40,781 nt of DNA from Clostridia bacterium (lineage in GTDB: Bacteria > Bacillota > UBA994 > PWPR01), in NCBI GenBank assembly GCA_003557085.1, contig PWPR01000069.1:1-40781 (forward strand), read 5' to 3'. Below the pieces are notes generated by a model. The model searched no databases and had not been told where the DNA came from. It worked only from the letters and a program-made list of their open reading frames with translations. This document shows positions 36,389 to 40,781 of the stretch, piece by piece. Every line of letters begins with the position of its first letter. Position 1 is the stretch's first letter. The position numbers and the translations under genes were made by a program.

Positions 36389-37954
36389 ATGAGCTTTGAA
36401 AGTAAAGTTGATCAGATTTTTGAACGTTGGAACAAGCAGGATTGCCCTGGTGCTGCAATTGCAGTAGCAAAAGGCAATGAGATTGTCTTCAAAAAAGGCT
36501 ATGGAAATGCTAGCCTTGAATATGATGTTCCCATCACACCTGAAACGATTTTCCATGTAGCTTCTGTATCAAAACAGTTTACAGCTTTTGCAATAGCACT
36601 TTTAGCTTCAGAAGGACAAGTTGATTTAGATGCAGAAATCCAAGAGTACATTCCTGAAATGCCAAGATTTAATAAACCTATTATTGTAAGACACTTAATA
36701 CACCATGTTAGTGGGCTCAGAGATCAGTGGCAGCTTTTAGTACTAAGTGGGTTTAGAATGGATGATGTAATAACACATGACCATGTTATGAAATTAACCC
36801 TAAAGCAAAAAGACCTCAATTTTGACCCAGGAGCTGAATTCCTCTATTCAAACACAGGCTATACATTAATGGCTGAGATAGTAAAAAGAGTAACGGGTAA
36901 AGACTTAGCTCAGTTTTGTAAAGAGAGAATTTTCAAGCCACTAAAAATGGATCATACTCATTTCCATCTAGATCATGAAATGATTGTTAAGAATAGAGCA
37001 TACTCTTATGCACCTCATTATGATTACTTTAAGAAAAGAGTATTAAGTTATGCCAATATTGGAGCGACTAGTCTGTTTACAAATGTCTTTGACTTGGTTA
37101 AATGGTCTAATAATTTTGAGAATCCAGTTGTAGGTGACAAAGCACTGATGCAACAAATGCAAGAAGTGTTTACACTTAATAATGGAAAAGAAATTGATTA
37201 TGCTTTTGGCTTAAGAGTTAGTGAGTATCGGGAAAAGAAGACTATTGCTCATGGTGGAGCAGATGCTGGCTTTAGAACACATTTTATTAAGTTCCCAGAA
37301 GAAGATTTAACAATAGTAGTTTTAACCAATGTTAATATTTCTAAACCTGAGCAATTGGCACTAAGAGTGGCAGATCTTTATATTTTTGACGATCAACTCG
37401 AAAAAGAAACGGATACTTACCCACCTGTTAGCACTCAAGACATAGAAGGATCTTACTTAATGGGACCTGGTATGATTGTCAACATAACCAAAGAGAACAA
37501 TACTTATTACATTGAACTTCCAAGAACTGAACTATCCACTCTAACTAAAGTTGCTGATAATGAATACATGATTGATATTATTGGCGAAAGGTTATTAACA
37601 AGATATGATGATCAGGGCAATGTAGAAATCTCTCTTGAACATGTTTTTGGAAGAGAAACAATCGCTCCAAAAATCGAAACTAGGCATCTTGGCGAGCGCA
37701 ACCTAGAAGATTATGTCGGCACTTATTATAGTGAAGAACTAGCTACAACTTATCATATTTCTTTAGAAGATGAAAAACTATTCATATCACATATTAAAAT
37801 GAATGAAATGCCTTTAATTATGCTCAAAAAAGATAAGTTTGAAGGTCTTAATAGTTTTGGTCAACTTGAATTTGTAAGAAATGATATAAACAAAGTAGAG
37901 ATGTTTAAGCTTACTGGTGGCAGAGTCCGAAATATTGTTTTTGATAAAATTTAA
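36389..37954 (+). CDS. Beta-lactamase-family serine hydrolase (S12, D-aminopeptidase/esterase-like) with a C-terminal extra domain
   Basis: 521 aa. S-x-x-K in ASVSKQF, Y-x-N in YSNTGY and an HGG box. It starts 13 nt after the oligopeptidase stop with an AGGAGG SD. Confidence 0.8.
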   Translation: MSFESKVDQIFERWNKQDCPGAAIAVAKGNEIVFKKGYGNASLEYDVPITPETIFHVASVSKQFTAFAIALLASEGQVDLDAEIQEYIPEMPRFNKPIIVRHLIHHVSGLRDQWQLLVLSGFRMDDVITHDHVMKLTLKQKDLNFDPGAEFLYSNTGYTLMAEIVKRVTGKDLAQFCKERIFKPLKMDHTHFHLDHEMIVKNRAYSYAPHYDYFKKRVLSYANIGATSLFTNVFDLVKWSNNFENPVVGDKALMQQMQEVFTLNNGKEIDYAFGLRVSEYREKKTIAHGGADAGFRTHFIKFPEEDLTIVVLTNVNISKPEQLALRVADLYIFDDQLEKETDTYPPVSTQDIEGSYLMGPGMIVNITKENNTYYIELPRTELSTLTKVADNEYMIDIIGERLLTRYDDQGNVEISLEHVFGRETIAPKIETRHLGERNLEDYVGTYYSEELATTYHISLEDEKLFISHIKMNEMPLIMLKKDKFEGLNSFGQLEFVRNDINKVEMFKLTGGRVRNIVFDKI

Positions 37955-37967
37955 TATCTAATCTACA

Positions 37968-38046
37968 AATCCCCTCACCCTAGCTAATAGTCACACCCAG
38001 GATTTATCTTATTCCATGGAACAGCTATAGCTAGTTTGAGGGGATT
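37968..38046. other. Long imperfect hairpin in a convergent intergenic region (probable bidirectional terminator, or a small structured repeat)
   Basis: The left arm AATCCCCTCACCCTAGCTAATAG pairs with the right arm CTATAGCTAGTTTGAGGGGATT. The helical segments are 10, 7 and 3 bp. The loop is about 34 nt. U-tracts are weak on both strands. Confidence 0.5.
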
Positions 38047-38052
38047 AAAGTT

Positions 38053-38610
38053 CTAAACTTCTAGTTTCAATACTCTTCTAATTAAATCACTAACTCTCCT
38101 ATAAAGGAGCATTGTCATTGCTGTACTTATTATGCCTCTCAAAATATTAAAAGGAATTACTGCTGACTTCACTAAAGGCAATATATTATCAGTTGGAATA
38201 CCCCAAATAGGTAATGCAATATGAATGTTTATATACACAGCTGCAATAGTGAAGACTACTGTCCCAACAATCATTCCAATAAGTGCACCTACCTTGTTCT
38301 TCTTAACCTTATGATAGATAATTGTTGCTGTTAACATAAATACTAGAGTTGTGCTCCAATTCATGAAAGTTCCAATCAAACCACTTTGACTTCTTGTAAT
38401 GAAGTACAAAAGATTTTTTACTGTTACCATAAAAATACCTGCAACTGGACCTAGAGCAAATGAGCCGATTAAAATTGGCACATCTGAGAAATCATAAGTA
38501 AGAAAAGGCGCAGCTTGTAAAAGTGGGAATTTAGGAAACCACATCAGAGCTGTAGCCATAGCAGCAAACAAAGCAATAGCGACCATAGTTTTTGTTGACA
38601 TCTTTGACAT
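38053..38610 (-). CDS. ribU: ECF-transporter S component for riboflavin
   Basis: 185 aa, about 6 TM. It has a RibU-like N-terminus and a YDFSDVPILIG block, and an FMN riboswitch lies upstream. AGGAGG is 9 nt upstream of the ATG. Confidence 0.85.
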   Translation of the reverse strand: MSKMSTKTMVAIALFAAMATALMWFPKFPLLQAAPFLTYDFSDVPILIGSFALGPVAGIFMVTVKNLLYFITRSQSGLIGTFMNWSTTLVFMLTATIIYHKVKKNKVGALIGMIVGTVVFTIAAVYINIHIALPIWGIPTDNILPLVKSAVIPFNILRGIISTAMTMLLYRRVSDLIRRVLKLEV

Positions 38611-38644
38611 TAAAAGATACCTCCTTGTTATTCTTAGGGCATAA

Positions 38645-38825
38645 AAAAAGCCCCAGATAACAATCTAGGGTTTACAAACGCAATATTTTGCGTCAATCTT
38701 CTTTCATCCGGACTATACCGTCGGCACTGGAATCTAACCAGTTCAGCTGTACTTTGTAGTGCACAGGTCGTGGGCTATACCACCGGTTGGGAATCGTTAC
38801 CTCACCCTACCCTGAAGATTGCTAT
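38645..38825 (-). promoter_or_regulatory. FMN riboswitch (RFN element) with terminator
   Basis: The minus strand reads CTTCAGGGTAGGGTGA..ATTCCCAACCGGTGGTATAGCCCACGA. It continues ..GGTTAGATTCCAGTGCCGACGGTATAGTCCGGATGAAAGAAGA. A hairpin CCCTAGA/TCTGGGG plus a T7 run follows. Confidence 0.9.
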
Positions 38826-38836
38826 ATTTCATGCTT

Positions 38837-38865
38837 ATTATAGGGATGTATCAACTACAAGTCAA
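38837..38865 (-). promoter_or_regulatory. Sigma-A type promoter of the FMN riboswitch/ribU transcript
   Basis: Minus strand reads TTGACT (38860..38865), a 17-nt spacer, then TATAAT (38837..38842). Confidence 0.7.
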
Positions 38866-38898
38866 GTGAAATTATTGCATATAATATATAATGTTTAA

Positions 38899-40311
38899 TC
38901 AATCCTTTATCTTCTTGACCTCTTCACTTGCAATTTCTGCATTTGATATTTTCTCAAACTTATCAGAAATCTTCTCAGTTGTAATATGTACATTTCTCAC
39001 ATCATCACTTACTCTTTCAATATGACTTTTTAACTTATTCCATCTTCTTCTATAACGCTTGAACTCTTCTCCCAGCTTATTTAACTCTACATGAATAATT
39101 GAAGCTAATCTTTCTCTTTCCATGTTTTGCAGCACCACTTGGATTGTAGTCATAACAGACATCAGAGTAGTTGGGGAAACAATCCAAACTCTTTTCTTTT
39201 GAGAATAGTTTACTAAGTCTTCATGATAAGCATATATCTCTGCAAAAACTGCCTCAGCTGGTATAAACATAATTGCTTGATTAGAAGTATGTTCTGGGAT
39301 TATATACCTATCAGCTATATTGTCAATATGACGTTTAACATTTAGTTTAAAGTCTCTTGTAGCTTGTGCTCTTTCATGCTCATGCAACTCTCTATCTATC
39401 ATCCTTCGATAGTTTTCTAAAGGAAACTTTGAATCTATTGCAACTAAACCCAATGGTTCTGGGGTCTTAAGAATAGCATCAGTAATTTTTCCATTAGGTA
39501 ATTTATGCTGCAATTCGTATACAGAATCATTCTTCTCACCAAAAACCGCTGCTAGAAGCTGTCCAAGTTGTACCTCTCCAAAAGTTCCCCTACTTTTTTT
39601 ATCTGTCAGAACATCTTGTAGAGACACAATATCACTAGATAAACTCTCAATTTTTCTTTGTGCCTCATCTATTTTACTAAGCCTAGCCAAAATTGATGAA
39701 AAAGTTTCATTTGTTTGTTTAAATCCTTCCATTAAACGCTCATCCACTTTTTCATTTATTGCATTTAAATGCTTTTCCATCTCCATTTTTAAGGATGAAA
39801 AATTCTCATTCAATTCTTTGGCAATCTCTTTTCTAAACTCTAAAATATTCCTAGTTAGCTCTTCTTTATTTGAAACTAAGTCTTTATTTAATTTACTTGC
39901 TAAGTTTGCAAAACTATCTCCTAAGCCCACTTCTAGCTTACCAAATCTTTCTGTGAGGTTGTTTTGAAAATCTCCCAACTTAGTTGCTACTAATTCATTT
40001 TGCTTTCCAATATCTTTTGAGACTTGTTCTCTAACTGTTGCTATACTGCTATCGATTTTTGAGTCAAACTTCATACTTTGCTTTTCATTTTGATTGCTTA
40101 TCTCTTTTTCAAGAATATCAATTCTCTTATTGACTTCTTGCTCAAAACTAGCAAACTTTTCATTAACTGACTGTCCTGCCTCTAAAGTTTTTGAAAACTC
40201 TTTATGAATCTTAGTCACTCTAGAGATTAAATAAATTGCTAAAAGAAGTCCTAGCGCTATACCACCAATTAAAATCGGGTACACATATAAATCATCTATC
40301 ATCCACTTCAC
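38899..40311 (-). CDS. rmuC: DNA recombination protein RmuC
   Basis: 470 aa. An N-terminal TM and a long coiled coil precede the RmuC nuclease-like C-terminus (GEVQL..LL, AIDSKFPLE, MFIPAEAVF). Confidence 0.85.
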   Translation of the reverse strand: MKWMIDDLYVYPILIGGIALGLLLAIYLISRVTKIHKEFSKTLEAGQSVNEKFASFEQEVNKRIDILEKEISNQNEKQSMKFDSKIDSSIATVREQVSKDIGKQNELVATKLGDFQNNLTERFGKLEVGLGDSFANLASKLNKDLVSNKEELTRNILEFRKEIAKELNENFSSLKMEMEKHLNAINEKVDERLMEGFKQTNETFSSILARLSKIDEAQRKIESLSSDIVSLQDVLTDKKSRGTFGEVQLGQLLAAVFGEKNDSVYELQHKLPNGKITDAILKTPEPLGLVAIDSKFPLENYRRMIDRELHEHERAQATRDFKLNVKRHIDNIADRYIIPEHTSNQAIMFIPAEAVFAEIYAYHEDLVNYSQKKRVWIVSPTTLMSVMTTIQVVLQNMERERLASIIHVELNKLGEEFKRYRRRWNKLKSHIERVSDDVRNVHITTEKISDKFEKISNAEIASEEVKKIKD

Positions 40312-40430
40312 CTCACAGTTTTTATGTTCAACACTTCTTATTATTGTTATAATTATCTTATAAACTAGTCAAGCTAGCAAATAAAAATGATTTATTAACT
40401 TATTTTTTTTGATAAAGGAGTGCATTAACC

Positions 40431-40781
40431 ATGCGAAAGGCTTTAGACACTTTGACAAAGTATGTTTTTAGTCATGATAACAACAGCTCAAACCAAGTTG
40501 AAAGTAAGATTGCAGTATTTACTATTATCTTTGCTTTGCTCAATAGTTTATTGCTTCTTTTAACTAATGAAAGTGTTGTTATTAATTATCCTCTATTTAT
40601 GGCCTCTTTTATCTTATTAGCTGTTACCTTCTTCTCTACTTTGCTTATGCTTGCTAATATTGATTTAAGAATCTTAGCAAATATTAGCCTAGGCACATTA
40701 GGCATTATATACATCCCAATAATGTGGGTTTTCTCTGGTGGATTATATGGAATAGCTCCTATCATAATGTTTTTGCTTATT
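40431..40781 (+). CDS. Multi-TM membrane protein, N-terminal part (3' end beyond the window); possibly a sensor-type protein
   Basis: ATG 40431 lies 10 nt after AAAGGAG. The frame is open for 117 codons to the window edge, with several hydrophobic helices. It is absent from the ORF track because no stop falls inside the window. Confidence 0.5.
   Translation, partial: MRKALDTLTKYVFSHDNNSSNQVESKIAVFTIIFALLNSLLLLLTNESVVINYPLFMASFILLAVTFFSTLLMLANIDLRILANISLGTLGIIYIPIMWVFSGGLYGIAPIIMFLLI

Noticed and set aside
1-40781. Search for CRISPR arrays, tRNA/rRNA genes, transposases, integrases, toxin-antitoxin pairs or defence-island genes
   Set aside because: I saw no regularly spaced direct repeats and no tRNA-like T-arm or acceptor patterns. 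No recombinase or nuclease-helicase type ORFs were present apart from rmuC and the DnaQ-like exonuclease. Every large ORF is accounted for by housekeeping or conserved hypothetical families.

Overview
AT-rich (about one-third G+C by eye) chromosomal segment from a low-GC Firmicute, Clostridia/Tissierellia-like by gene content. It is densely packed with about 41 protein-coding genes, most on the minus strand. Content is mainly housekeeping. It includes serS behind a Ser T-box leader, metK, rho and the conserved fba-tal-glpX-rho block. It also holds a malic enzyme, aspartate aminotransferase, an ABC-F ATPase, ribU behind an FMN riboswitch, rmuC, and the DUF951 / YycJ-type MBL hydrolase / HtrA group. 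Peptidases are numerous: TldD/PmbA, PepV, an M20 amidohydrolase, an S9A prolyl oligopeptidase and an S12-like serine hydrolase. I found no rRNA, tRNA, CRISPR array, transposase, integrase or phage gene. The most unusual feature is a three-gene operon (20936..22839, minus strand). In it, a STAS anti-anti-sigma domain and an RsbW/SpoIIAB-type anti-sigma kinase are fused in one ORF, translationally coupled to a SigB-like sigma factor and followed by a DUF948 gene. Secondary observations: (1) a DUF975 membrane protein co-transcribed with serS under the T-box; (2) a membrane-protein gene broken by a 1-nt frameshift at a homopolymer; (3) a catalytically degenerate kinase-like ORF; (4) a 520-bp non-coding gap with a start-less gene remnant; (5) tandem paralogous extracytoplasmic-domain genes; (6) a MarR / O-methyltransferase / metK unit with two adjacent palindromic operators and no S-box; (7) a 39-bp tandem repeat and a long imperfect hairpin bracketing a strand-discordant two-gene peptidase module. 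Several ORF-track starts look like 5' over-extensions, because the extension contains the gene's own Shine-Dalgarno. Corrected starts are given where the sequence supports them. All functional calls come from reading motifs in the translations; no database search was run.
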